Assembly: GCF_018350175.1 (NCBI RefSeq)
Contig: NC_058369.1
Location: 16,246,001-16,310,000 of the forward strand
Direction: 5' to 3'
DNA: 64,000 nucleotides
Source of the DNA: Felis catus
Taxonomy: Eukaryota
Positions 32,456 to 43,103 of this stretch are shown piece by piece; within the stretch, counting starts at the first letter, position 1; each line of letters starts with the position of its first letter. The translations under genes and the position numbers were made by a program. The notes under the pieces were generated by a model, which saw only the letters and a list, made by a program, of their open reading frames with translations, was not told the origin of the DNA and made no database searches.

Positions 32456-33596
32456 GAAGGGCTTCCTGGAGGTGGCAGCTGGGGCTGGATAGCCCTGGGG
32501 CTCAAGTCCAGGCCAGGGTCCAGGCATCTCGGACTCCAAGCTCACACATGGACCACAGAGGTTGCAGAACACCCTCTTCTCAGCTCCGACAGGGTGGCCG
32601 AGGCCCCATCGTTACGGCCCGTCAGGGGCAGAGACAGGACTGCCTCAGGTGTCCTGCCTCCCGGCATGGACTCAGCTCCTGTTGCCTCACCCATGTGGCT
32701 GTTCAGCCAACGTGGTCTCTGGCCACTGTTGCCCTGCAGATCCAGATCACACCCACCTGGACGTGCCTCTGTCCCTTCTGTGAGGAACAGCAGTGGCTCT
32801 ACAGGGTTGACGGGAAGCAGTTTCCTCTCTCCGAAGGGGATGGCCAAACTGGATGGGCTGCAGTGTGAGGCCATGCCCAGAACAGCCACAAGGAGGCAGA
32901 GGGTGTCTGGGGGAAGCTTCAGACCTGGCTAGACAGCAGCCCTGGTGGCCAGAAAACTGTTCTAGGCCCCGTGGGGGTGCTGGCCAGGATGGTGAACAGA
33001 GAGGCCCAGAGGCAGGGGCTCCAGCCCAGCAGATACCCTGTGCCGAGCAACTGCAATGGAGTGGAGGCTGCTGGGGGCCTGAGCGGAAGGCCTGGGGGCT
33101 CAGGGCTGGGAGCTACAGGGCTGGGTCAGGGGTGCAGAAGGCTGAGACCAGCAGGCCAAAGGGAGAGGGGAAGAAAGCTGGTACTTGGGCCCCATCTTGG
33201 GGATCCAGGGAATCAAGAAGCCCAGGGGAGGCTTGGGCCGTGCTGGCGGTCCCTTCTCTGTGGTGGCGGTGGGGAGGGGGTGTCAGGGCCCTAGGGGATC
33301 GTCGCAGAGGGCAGTTAGGGGCCGGCCACCCCCCGGCTTGTGAAACAGAACAGCACACAGCTTCCTCCTCTACCATCTCAGCTCTCATGCCTCAAAACAT
33401 CACTGCTGTCCCGAAGGGGAAGGCCCAAATACCACCCAGAGACTGAATCTTTGGGGACGGGACACTCAGAGGGGTTTCCAGATGGCAGCGAACCTCTGCT
33501 GAGGCGCTCAGGTCTGAGCCTGGAAACCAGAGGCTCCTGAGCTGGGGAAGCTGCTGGAAAATCTCTCGCTGCCTCGGCAGCCTGCAGACACTTGTA

Positions 33597-33602
33597 AATA
33601 AA
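33597..33602 (+). terminator. TMIE: Probable TMIE polyadenylation signal AATAAA
   Basis: First canonical AATAAA seen downstream of the stop (~1.15-kb 3'UTR). Confidence 0.75.
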
Positions 33603-34798
33603 GCTGAGTGCCTTCTCGTACCCGAGTGACCTGAGAGGACCCCTCAGGACGCCCTATCCCTGAAGCATTTATGTGGAGGGTGACGTGGCAGTGACGGGTG
33701 GCACGGGCCAAGCTGAAGCTCCCTCCCCTGACTATTCTCCCAGCCTGAGTTAGGATGAGCTGGAGGAAGAGGTGGCGGCCGAGAGAGGCAGAGGGACAGC
33801 CGCAGCCAGCCGGGCATTAAAACGGGGGAGGAAGCCGCCCGCTCTCCGCTCCCCTCCCCTCCACTTTGTGGCTTTCAGTAGGCCTTCCGTGGCCTGAGCC
33901 TTGTGCTGGGGACACGGAGGAGTCAAATCTGGATTCTGACCTACGGCTGGATCACTGTTCTACAAGAAGACACGAGTCTACAGGCAGACACGAGTCACGG
34001 AGCAGCGAGGGGGCAGAGAAATTGCAGAGGACCCGCTGTGGGCGCTGAGAGCTCAGTCCGCCAGGCAGGAACCCTGACTCTGCCCTCAGGGTCCAGCCTT
34101 ACGGGCTTCTCATACAGCAGGTTCAGGCTGTGGCAAAGGTCATTAGACCCATACAGGCCTGGGCCCTCCTGTGTGGCCCAGGCAACAGAGGCCCAGAGGA
34201 GCAGGGGCCACTTGAAGTCAAACAGAGAACCAGCTGGTAAAGCCTCGGGGGTCCAGGCCTGAGCTCCATCTGCCCTGCCAGCTGCTCCCTGGCCTCTGCC
34301 CCGGGGCCTCCGCTGCTCTTTTATGGACAGGCATGGCTGCCGGCGGATAATGTCTGGTCCCAGTGGGCACCTGCCCCAGTCTCTAGGCAGGGGGCGGGGC
34401 TGGACGATCAGAGTTCACTACGGTGCTTCAGGGCAATGACAGGGTGTGTTCCAGCCACCAAAGTCAAGCAAAGTATCACAGAAAAGAACACACTCACCTG
34501 CGGGGCCCAGACAGAGCTGCACCTTTACCCCAGCCTCACTCTGCGTCCTGGCAGCCCAGCTTGAGCCCGGACAGAACATTCTAGGCCATCCATCACCCCA
34601 GCATCGTCCCTATACACTCCCACCTTCTGCGATAGCCACCCCAAACCTAGAGATGGAGGTAGACCCGGGGTGGGGGGGTGGGGGGCTCTGCGCTTTTCAA
34701 TAGAGATGGTCTGGAGTCCCCCCATCAAACCCCCTTCTGGCTTGCTCACCTCCCACTCGAGCGCACCCAGGAAGGAGGAGGCTTGTGGAAGAAAAGTG

Positions 34799-34804
34799 TT
34801 TAAT
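34799..34804 (-). terminator. PRSS50: Probable PRSS50 polyadenylation signal ATTAAA
   Basis: tttaat on the plus strand, ~115 nt past the stop. Confidence 0.65.
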
Positions 34805-34917
34805 TGAGCACCTCATCTCTGCCCCACTTTGCGGGGCTGGGAGAGCTACACCTGCAGCATTCTGGGCTCAGAGGGGGAGGACGGCACCCCCCCCCCCCCA
34901 GGGACGGCACGAGGGTG

Positions 34918-35148
34918 TCAGAGGGCAACGAGGAGGCTGAGGGGCAGCGCTACCACCAGGAGCAGGGCCCTGGACGGGGCTGGCAGGGCCTGCCCATTGA
35001 CGCGTTCCCAGATCCAGTGACGGTAGGAGGTGACCTGTAGGTAGATGGGCGGGGCCTTGCTCTTTTCACAACCTGGGCCCCAGCTCACCAGTCCCACCAG
35101 GTACCACGTGGTGTCCACAGGACAGACCAGGGGCTCACCGCTTATCTC
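34918..35148 (-). CDS. PRSS50: PRSS50 last coding exon (EISGEPLVC...LLVAL*)
   Basis: ccacag| acceptor; ORF 34918..35172(-). Confidence 0.94.
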   Translation of the reverse strand, partial: EISGEPLVCPVDTTWYLVGLVSWGPGCEKSKAPPIYLQVTSYRHWIWERVNGQALPAPSRALLLVVALPLSLLVAL

Positions 35149-38100
35149 CTGTGGGGAGGGGTGGCGGAACAAAAAGGGTCAGGGGGCCAGGTGTGGCTGG
35201 AGGGAGACCTGCCCCAGCTCAAGGACAAGCAGGGACCTCGCAGCACATCTCTCCCACAGCCCCCTACCACCCTGCCCGGGGGGTGCCCTCGAGATCCAGA
35301 CTCAGGAGACCCTCCCTCAGAGGGGTTCATCTTCCCTCTCTCATGCCAGGTCCCGACCCCCCGTCTTCCCACTGCCCCCCCTTCTCTCTCACCCCTCCCT
35401 CCGTGCTCCTGTCCCTTCCCCTTCCAGCCCCACTGCCCTGCACCCCAGCACCCCTCCTGGCCATGCACCCTTGGAGGTGAGGGAGCACGAAGAGGAGCAC
35501 TCACATAGCAGAAGTGTTCCCTGTCGGAGTCCTCGGCACAAACCATCTGGGAGTCCACGATCTGGACCATAGAGGGGACTTTGGAAAACTTGTGGTAGAA
35601 CTGGTTGCATTTTTTGTTGCTCAGGATGGTGACCTCCTTCTCCTGAATGGTCCGGAACTGGGGCCACATGCCTGTGGGGCAGGCCCCCCCCAGCTCAGGC
35701 TTGGTGCTCTCACGGCTGCAAGCCTGGCGGCCCTCCTCCCTGCTCCTGGCCACTCCTCCAACCTCTCAAACGGCCCCCCACGGACAGCTTGGAACAGGCT
35801 GCCCTCAGTCTGGCCTTGCTGGGTCTGCTCTCACCCCTGCAGAGTCCAGTCCACGGGGTCCGTTCCTGCCTCAGCGGCTTGGCCTCTGACCCTTCTGCTC
35901 CCAAGGCCTGCCCGGCCCCACGCCGGTCCAACTCTCCGCTTTGCTCAAGCCCTCCCCAAAGGCCTCTTCTGCCCTCACTAGCCCAGACCCCCCTCTGTGG
36001 GCCCCAGGCACTGTGTGCTTCTCTCTCTCCTCCTCCTCCTCCCCCTCCTCCCTCTCACCAGTGTGTCTTTGTCTCTAGCCAGGAGCCCCTGGGGGACAGA
36101 CTTCCAACCATCCCCAGCCGTTCCCCAGACAGGCCACGGCAGGAAAGACAAACAGCCACCCCCACCCCCAGGGTGGAGCTGCTCTTTTTAGGCAAGTTGG
36201 CTCAGTGAAGCCACAGGCAAGAGCACCTCTCTTGTGAAAAAGAGGAGCTCCCTAAATGGACTGGGCACTCGTCAGACTCCTAAAGAAATGCTCCCTGGGG
36301 GGGCCTGGGATGACAGGCTGCTCTTCGGGCCTTGCTCCATCCCTTGGGGGGACAAAGGGATTGAGGCCCACTGGGGGCAGGAGGCAGCCACACGTGGATT
36401 CTGAGTGACTCCCAGCCTTTGGGTGCGGACTGCCCTTAACCAACCATGTGAGGCGTCGGGGGATCTTTTTACAGAACCTCGTTCATGGCACTTCAAGATG
36501 TCCTGCTTCAAGTCCTGATGTCCCACGACTGCGTGCAGTCAGCAGGATATTACTCTCCACTCCCTCTGCCTTCAAGGAAGTCCTGTTTACATGCCCCGGC
36601 CTGGGACGGGGGGTTCATGGGCACTCTGGGGCCTCTAAGGCCTGAACGGCCACGGCGCGCTCACTGCCGAGACCCCCAAGGGGAAGGAGACGAGAGCCGG
36701 ACAAGAAGATGTCTCAGATCCGGGCCTGCACCTGGGTCCTCTCCCACACGCTCCCCACCCACCCAGTCTGGGGAGGCTCTGACTCACCATCAACCCTGGG
36801 GAGTCCCCAGCCTGTCACAGTGCAGACAGAGTGATCCTTCACCTGGAAGTCCAAGTTAGGCAGGCAGATGGGCCAGACGTACGCGTTGTACTTGAGTGCC
36901 CATGCAAGCTTGACAAGGGCAATGTTGTTGGCCTGGCCCACCCAGGACCAGTACCGATGAGACTGGTACCTCTCGTTCACGATGACCTGGAGTGCCGGAA
37001 CGTCGGCGGTAGTCTGAGATATCTGGTCAATCCTTGGGCTCCCTGCCCGCACTGAATAGATAAAATCATTCCTGGGAGAACCACGAGGGGGGTCTGTCAT
37101 CAGCTCCAGGCACCCCACCCCCGCCCCCACCCCACTGTTGTACTCTGAGCAAATCCAGGCAGGCCACCCACCTGCTTCAAGCCCCCCGGGCCTTTCTCTC
37201 ACGACAGATGTGGACAGGGCCCTGCGCACAGACCGTGTGGTCCAGCTTTCACAACAACCCTTGACTTTGTGGAGAGGAAAACCGAGGCTCAGAGGAGCCC
37301 AGCAAACAGCTCAAGGCTACACAGCTAGGAAGTGGCAGAGCTGGGATGTGGACCATTTTTCTCTGGTTCCAAACTCTGGACTCTCTGTCTGGCAGCCCGT
37401 GCTGGGCCCTGGAAGTGACAGGGGCCCAACACACTCAATCAAGGCAAGCATCCGTGGCCTCGCCCTCCAGCCTCCTTTCCCGGCATGCCCCTGAAGTCTC
37501 CACCTCGGCCTTCAGGCGTGGAGCATGCTTTTCTGCGGTCAGCTCTCGAAGCCAGCACGGATGTTGCATCCGGGCTGCTGCCCTGGCTCCCTGGAACATG
37601 TGCAGCCCCCTCTCTTGTCCCCACACTGCCCAGACTCCCCTGTCTTCTCATCTGTGTTTCCTGGCACCCCAAGAGGAGTGATGTGTCCCCTCCCTGCCCC
37701 CAGCACCCAGGCCGGGGCCTGGCTCCAGAGGAACGTCAAAGGCTTTGAGTCGAACAGAGGAAGGAATGAGTAAGTAAAGCAAAACGTCTGAAACAAAAGA
37801 ATTGGGAGCTCTTTTCTGTGGACAGGAGGAAGGAGGCCTGCCCTGTGGCTTCCAAGCCCCCCCCCCCCCCCACCGTCCTATCTGTGGCATGACAGCTCAG
37901 GACAGGGTAGCCAGATGAGGGGAGCAAGCACCCGGCTTGAATCCAGAAGGAATCTGCAGGACTCAGCCTCCACCTGCTAAGAGCTGAAGTGGGACTGAGG
38001 CTGGGCCCGTGGGGTTCTGCAGAACCACAGTTGTTGCCGAGGGACCAGCTGCCAGGAATGACTGGGCCCCAGTGGCTCCAGACGCCTTTCTACCCACCAA

Positions 38101-39916
38101 CCTACGTCCCGACTCACCGGATCAGGCAGTGGGCCACGGTCAGCACCCACTGGGAGGCAATGAGGGTGCCTGCACAGATATGTGTGCCATTGGCCCGCAC
38201 ACTGACCATCCACGGCCACCGTCGAGCCATGGCCTCTGGGTCCCTGAGGGTGGGGTCTTCCTCGAAGGAGGAGCCGCAGGCTGAGGAGGAAGGTGAGAGT
38301 CTGATGCAGGATGGGACCTTCCAGCCCCATCACAAGTCGCCTTCCCACCCCTCCCCTCAGCCCGATTTCCCGCCTCTCGGGCTGCTGGCCCACGCTCATG
38401 CGGTGATTCTCTTTCCCCACTGGTCACCCTGTTATGATGCTGTCCACGTGAGGACTGAGGTCTGCAGTCTCCAAAGGGCCTCAGTGCTCCCCAAGTAATC
38501 CCTCTCTCTGGTCCCAGGCCCCAGGGCATTCCCAGCCACCAGCCTGGTGAGGCACTGGCCCCTTTGTCCTGGCCGAGAAGCCCCTGAGCTCTGGCCAGAA
38601 CCTCCAGAAACTCATCCATGTTTCCATCTGGCTCCCCCTACTTTGGCCAAGGCAGACCCCTCTCCCTCCTCTGGGAACCCCTCCTGTGATTCAGTGAGGA
38701 AAACAAACCAGATGACCCAAGAGAAAAAGGAGCCACGTGCTTGAACAGACACATCCCGAGGAGGGAACCCCAGCAGCCAGCCAACACAGAAGCTGTTCAG
38801 CCCTGTGAGTCCTCAGGGAAACGCAGACTTGCATCACAGTGAGGTTCCGCTCCACCCCACCTGCCAGGCCAACTCCAGGGTCCCTGACACCATGTATTGG
38901 TGAGGATTACCGCCCCCCACCGCTCACTCCCCGCTGGAGCGAGTGTCAGCGCGTGCAGCCGCTTTGGAAAAAGTTTTCAAACTGAAGATGCACATCTCCG
39001 ACCTCACAGCAGCCTCCCTCCAGGGTTTTTCCAGGGAGATTAGTGGATTGTGAGATGAGGGTGCATGGGCCAGGACCAGCGTTTGCCAAAGATAACATAG
39101 GAGAGGGGAGGTCTGCGCGCACTGGGTCCTGTGTGAGAGCCTTTCTGCGGCAGCTAAACTGTGCGCACGGAGTTCCAGGGTAAGGAGTGATTCTGCGGGT
39201 CTCTGTTCAACATGCTGGAGAGCCACTGCTGCAAGGCTCCCACCCCAAGGCTCCCTGAAACCTATCCTGGAGATCCCCTAAGTCCTTGGCTGGAAGCCTG
39301 GGTCAGTTCAGGGACATAGGGACATGCAGCCCGCCGCAGGCTCCGCCAACTTTCCTGGCCTCCTACCTCACCAGGATGGGGGCCTGGCCCACGGTAGATG
39401 CTCAATGAACCCTTGGAAAAGGAACGTCTCTTCCCACTTCTCCCTGCCCTTCCTCCTCCGTGCCCTCCGTCCCCAGGGGTCAGAGGTCCGCAAGACTGCC
39501 CCGCACCCTCCTCCCCCGGGGAGTCCATGGTACTCACTGGGAAATAAGCTGATGCCTTCTTTAGAAACAGGGCTGGTCTGGAGGGTCAAGGGCGGCGACG
39601 GGACGGTGGGGGCCTGGCGAGGAAGGCGAGGCCCGCCTGAGGGGCAGGTGGCAGTGGGTGCACAGGGGACGCCAGGGTCGGCCGGAGCAGGCTTGGAGGG
39701 TGTCCCGGGAGTCTGGTCCGCCAGGCGGCCTGCGGAAGGACGCAGAGGGGTCAGACGAGGCCGGTGAGGGCCCGGGGGAGAGGGACGGGGAGCGGGACGG
39801 GGCTTACCAGCGGGCCTCAGCAGCAGCAGCACCAGCAGCAGCAGCAGCACAACGGCAGAGACTCTGCGGCCCTGAGGGCCCGGCCTGCGGGCCCGCGTCC
39901 TGCACTGACGCTCCAT
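34918..39916 (-). CDS. PRSS50: Serine protease 50 / testis-specific protease TSP50, 381 aa, complete
   Basis: join(39916-39808, 39729-39538, 38280-38118, 37071-36788, 35671-35505, 35148-34918) = 1146 nt, GT-AG, in phase. Signal peptide, Pro-rich pro-region, [44 protein letters not shown]-terminal hydrophobic tail; syntenic next to TMIE. Confidence 0.96.
35505..35671 (-). CDS. PRSS50: PRSS50 coding exon 5 ([14 protein letters not shown]...REHFCY)
   Basis: 167 nt, GT-AG. Confidence 0.94.
36788..37071 (-). CDS. PRSS50: PRSS50 coding exon 4 ([11 protein letters not shown]...TGWGLPRVD)
   Basis: 284 nt, GT-AG. Confidence 0.94.
38118..38280 (-). CDS. PRSS50: PRSS50 coding exon 3 (CGSSFEEDP...LTVAHCLI)
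   Basis: 163 nt, ctcag|...|gtgagt. Confidence 0.94.
39538..39729 (-). CDS. PRSS50: PRSS50 coding exon 2 (Pro-rich pro-region)
   Basis: 192 nt, ccgcag|...|gtgagt; [11 protein letters not shown] motif. Confidence 0.88.
39808..39916 (-). CDS. PRSS50: PRSS50 coding exon 1 (signal peptide)
   Basis: ATG at 39916, poly-Leu core, donor G|gtaagc. Confidence 0.9.
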
Positions 39917-41640
39917 CGGGAGTAGCCGCTTCTGCGCCGCGGTGCTCCTCTCGCGACGGCGCCCCCAGTCGGCCTCCCGCGCAGGCGTCTGCTGCGTGGG
40001 GAATGCGGGCGCCCCCCAGTGGCCACCCTCGGTGGCGCTCCCCGTGTCCGCCCGGCCCGCGGGCGCCCCCTACTGATTGGCCTCCCTTCCACCCGCACTG
40101 TGTCAGGGCCCCAGGGCGCGAGCTGCCGCTGGCGCCGCGGGGCCACGCGCTTTCTGGAGTCCCTCGGGCTACCCGCAGCCAGTTCCTGCACCTCCTCCCT
40201 CCTGCAGCCCACTTGCCCTGCTGGGGCCTGCTTCCACCCTTCCCCTGGTGACATGAGACCCGGCCCCTGGGGCTGGCCTCCAGGGTCTTCAAGTGGCCCA
40301 CCTGCCCCTTAGCCTGCTGACTACTGTAGGGCTTTGCCCCCGGGGCACTGCAATTGATCAGATGGAAAGGTTTTCAGGAATGATTTTTTGAAGATTAAAA
40401 TTTTAAGCAGCAACCTCCCCCCCCCCCCCTCGACCATTCAGCAAATGCTCTTCTCTTATAGATTCATCCGCTTTGGAAAGACGGCACAGGAGGTAGGTGA
40501 GGTTTCTCCTCAGAGAAAGAGTGATGGTAACCAGCAGAGCCTCTGGGAGCAGAAGGCCACTTGAAGGTGGGTTGGAATTTGGGGAACATTTTGATGGCTC
40601 CGTGACACAGACAGATAACACAATTAAAAAGTGTCGTGATGAAATCCTATGGGGGGCTTAAAACTGTTGGGAAATTCTAGGTGACAGTGAAAGCAAGTCA
40701 GGACATTCTAACTTTTGCCAGGACCCGCTGTCTTGGGGGACACTCAGGCTGCCCGTTCAGTGCCCCAATCTCTGCGAAGACAGCAAATCACACCCGCTAC
40801 GCTTTTGGCGCCCAAAGGGCAAGGGCTCTGAACCTGAGGCCCACCGGGTCTGAGCCGACCCCACGCCTACCTCCGCCCGGAGGCAGGGCTCTGGCTCCCT
40901 GGGGCGTTGATGGAGGTCACTGAGGCGGCTTGGGAGCTCAGGGCGCAGTCACCTCACACGATTCATCCCAGCAAGTACTCTGCCTTGCCCCCCCCCCCCC
41001 CCCCCCCCCCCCCCCGTCACCATCCACCTCTGCCAGGGAGGGAGGAGGAGGAACCGGTCAGCTTCTGTAGACCCTTAGGGGGATCTGAAGGGTTGGGAGA
41101 GGCTCACGGGTTCTGGAACAAAGTCCATAAATGCAGATCTGGTCATTGTGAGTTTCCTGGGAAGAGGCCAAATTCTCTTAGGAAGGCCCGAGGGAAACTC
41201 TCGTCAGAGGCCCCAGGGAAGGCCATGGGGACCCGGGGAGTTGCTGAGGTGGTGACAGGATTAAGCAGGGCTTAGGGGTCACAGAGTCCCACCCCAAAGT
41301 TGGCAGAAGGGGAGAGCGCAGCCCCGAGGGGGAAAACATGGCCAGCACAAAGCACAAGTAAGCCCCTCAGGAAAGGCTCCCCTTGAGAGGACAGACAGGC
41401 CCCCCGGGGCTGCGGAGGCTCCGGAGGGTTCTGGCCACAGTCAAGAAGAAAGATGATGATTTCTGTGGTGCAAAACTCAAGAGCATCTTCATTGAACAAC
41501 TCTGAACACAGCAGCTCTTGGACCCTCCCCCAAGGGCGCTCTGCCCTGATGTCACGTGTCCCCTGGGTCTCCACTTCTCCTGAGGGCAGACGGAGGGAGG
41601 AAGAAGTGGCCTCCGGGCGGGCCTGCCCTGGAAACACCGC

Positions 41641-41889
41641 TCACAGGAGCCACATGGAGCCCAAGGACACCAGCAGGATGTGGCCAGTGACCGGGCTCAG
41701 GGAGGCAGCGCTGGCCCTGCTGATGAACCTCATGTCACTGATCTGCTTCTGGATCCAGTAGGTGAAGTGGGGGGTGCTGGTATAGATGCTTGGGAAGCGT
41801 CGCCGGTTGCAGCGAAAGCTCCAGCTCACCACCCCCACCTGGATCCAGGAGTTGTTCACCTGACACACGAGGGGGCTGCCAGAGTTAGC
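41641..41889 (-). CDS. PRSS46: PRSS46 last coding exon ([10 protein letters not shown]...LGSMWLL*)
   Basis: ccacag| acceptor, stop TGA at 41643-41641. Confidence 0.9.
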   Translation of the reverse strand, partial: ANSGSPLVCQVNNSWIQVGVVSWSFRCNRRRFPSIYTSTPHFTYWIQKQISDMRFISRASAASLSPVTGHILLVSLGSMWLL

Positions 41890-43055
41890 CTGTGGAGGGG
41901 AGGGGGGAGACGTGAAGGAGGCGGCAGGAGGGGAGAGCCTCGCTGCAGGCCCTGCCGAAATTCACACCTTCCTGGGCCATAGGCTTAGCATGAGCTGCGT
42001 TAGGCAAGTGCTGTCCCTGGTCACATGGCTATGAGCCTGCTCTGTGGCACAGAAGCTCGGCACCGGGGCCCCGGCTCAGGACCACACTGGCCTCTCTCTC
42101 CCTTCTCCTGCGACCTCTCTGACCAGAACCCCCGGGTCCTCTACCTCTGTCCTTCCTTAACTCGTGGGAGGCCTCCAAGGTGTTGCCCTTGACCACCTTC
42201 TTTCCTATACTCCTGCTTGCAGAGTGAGCGGTTTGAAATGCAAACCAGCCCCCTCCTTGTTGTGCAAAGCATTCTAAAGTTGATATGGAAGGACACTGGG
42301 CCATGAATTCCATGACAGGTCTGAGAAAAAAGAGCAAATTGGAGAGTCCAGCTGGTGGTAGATTTGACCTAGCAGAGAGTTAGATATATTTCAAAGCTGT
42401 GATTACAGAAACTGGCACTGGCATAAAAATAGGAAAATTGACCAATCATGCAATGGAGAGCCAACCTGATGTCTGCATGTGAGGAGATGTGGCACATGTT
42501 CCAGAAAGTTCTGGGAAAGGTGGTCTTGGGGCCTGCCTGCCATAACAAAACCTCAGAGGAATTAAAACCCTCAATGTGAAAAGTTAAAAAGGTAAAGCTC
42601 ATTAAAAACATGTAGGATCATGACTTTGACTTAAGATGAAGCATATGGTTTTTTAAATTTTTTTTTAACATTTATTCATTTTTGAGAGTGAAAGAGACAG
42701 AGCATGAGTGGGGGAGGGGCAGAGAGAGAGGGAGACAAGGAATCCAAAGCAGGCTCTAGGCTCTGAGCTGTCGGCACAGAGCCCGACGCGGGGCTCGAAC
42801 TCACGGACCGTGAGATCATGACCTGAGCCAAAGTCGGACGCTTAACCGACTGAGCCACCCGGCACCCCGAAGCATATGTTTTAAAACGAAACTCGGGGCA
42901 CCTGGGTGGCTCAGTCGGTTAAGCATCTGACTTTGGCTCAAGTCATGATCTCACGGTCCGTGAGTTCGAGCCCCGTGTCGGGCTCTGTGCCGACAGCTCA
43001 GAGCCTGGAGCCTGCTTCGGATTCCGTGTCTCCCTCTCTCTCTGTCCCTCCCCCA

Positions 43056-43103
<48 letters not shown>

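Larger units (their letters stand above)
39500..40190 (-). promoter_or_regulatory. PRSS50: PRSS50 CpG-island promoter with CCAAT box (40076-40080, minus strand)
   Basis: CpG-dense, spans exons 1-2 and upstream; attgg on the plus strand ~160 nt upstream of the ATG. Confidence 0.75.
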
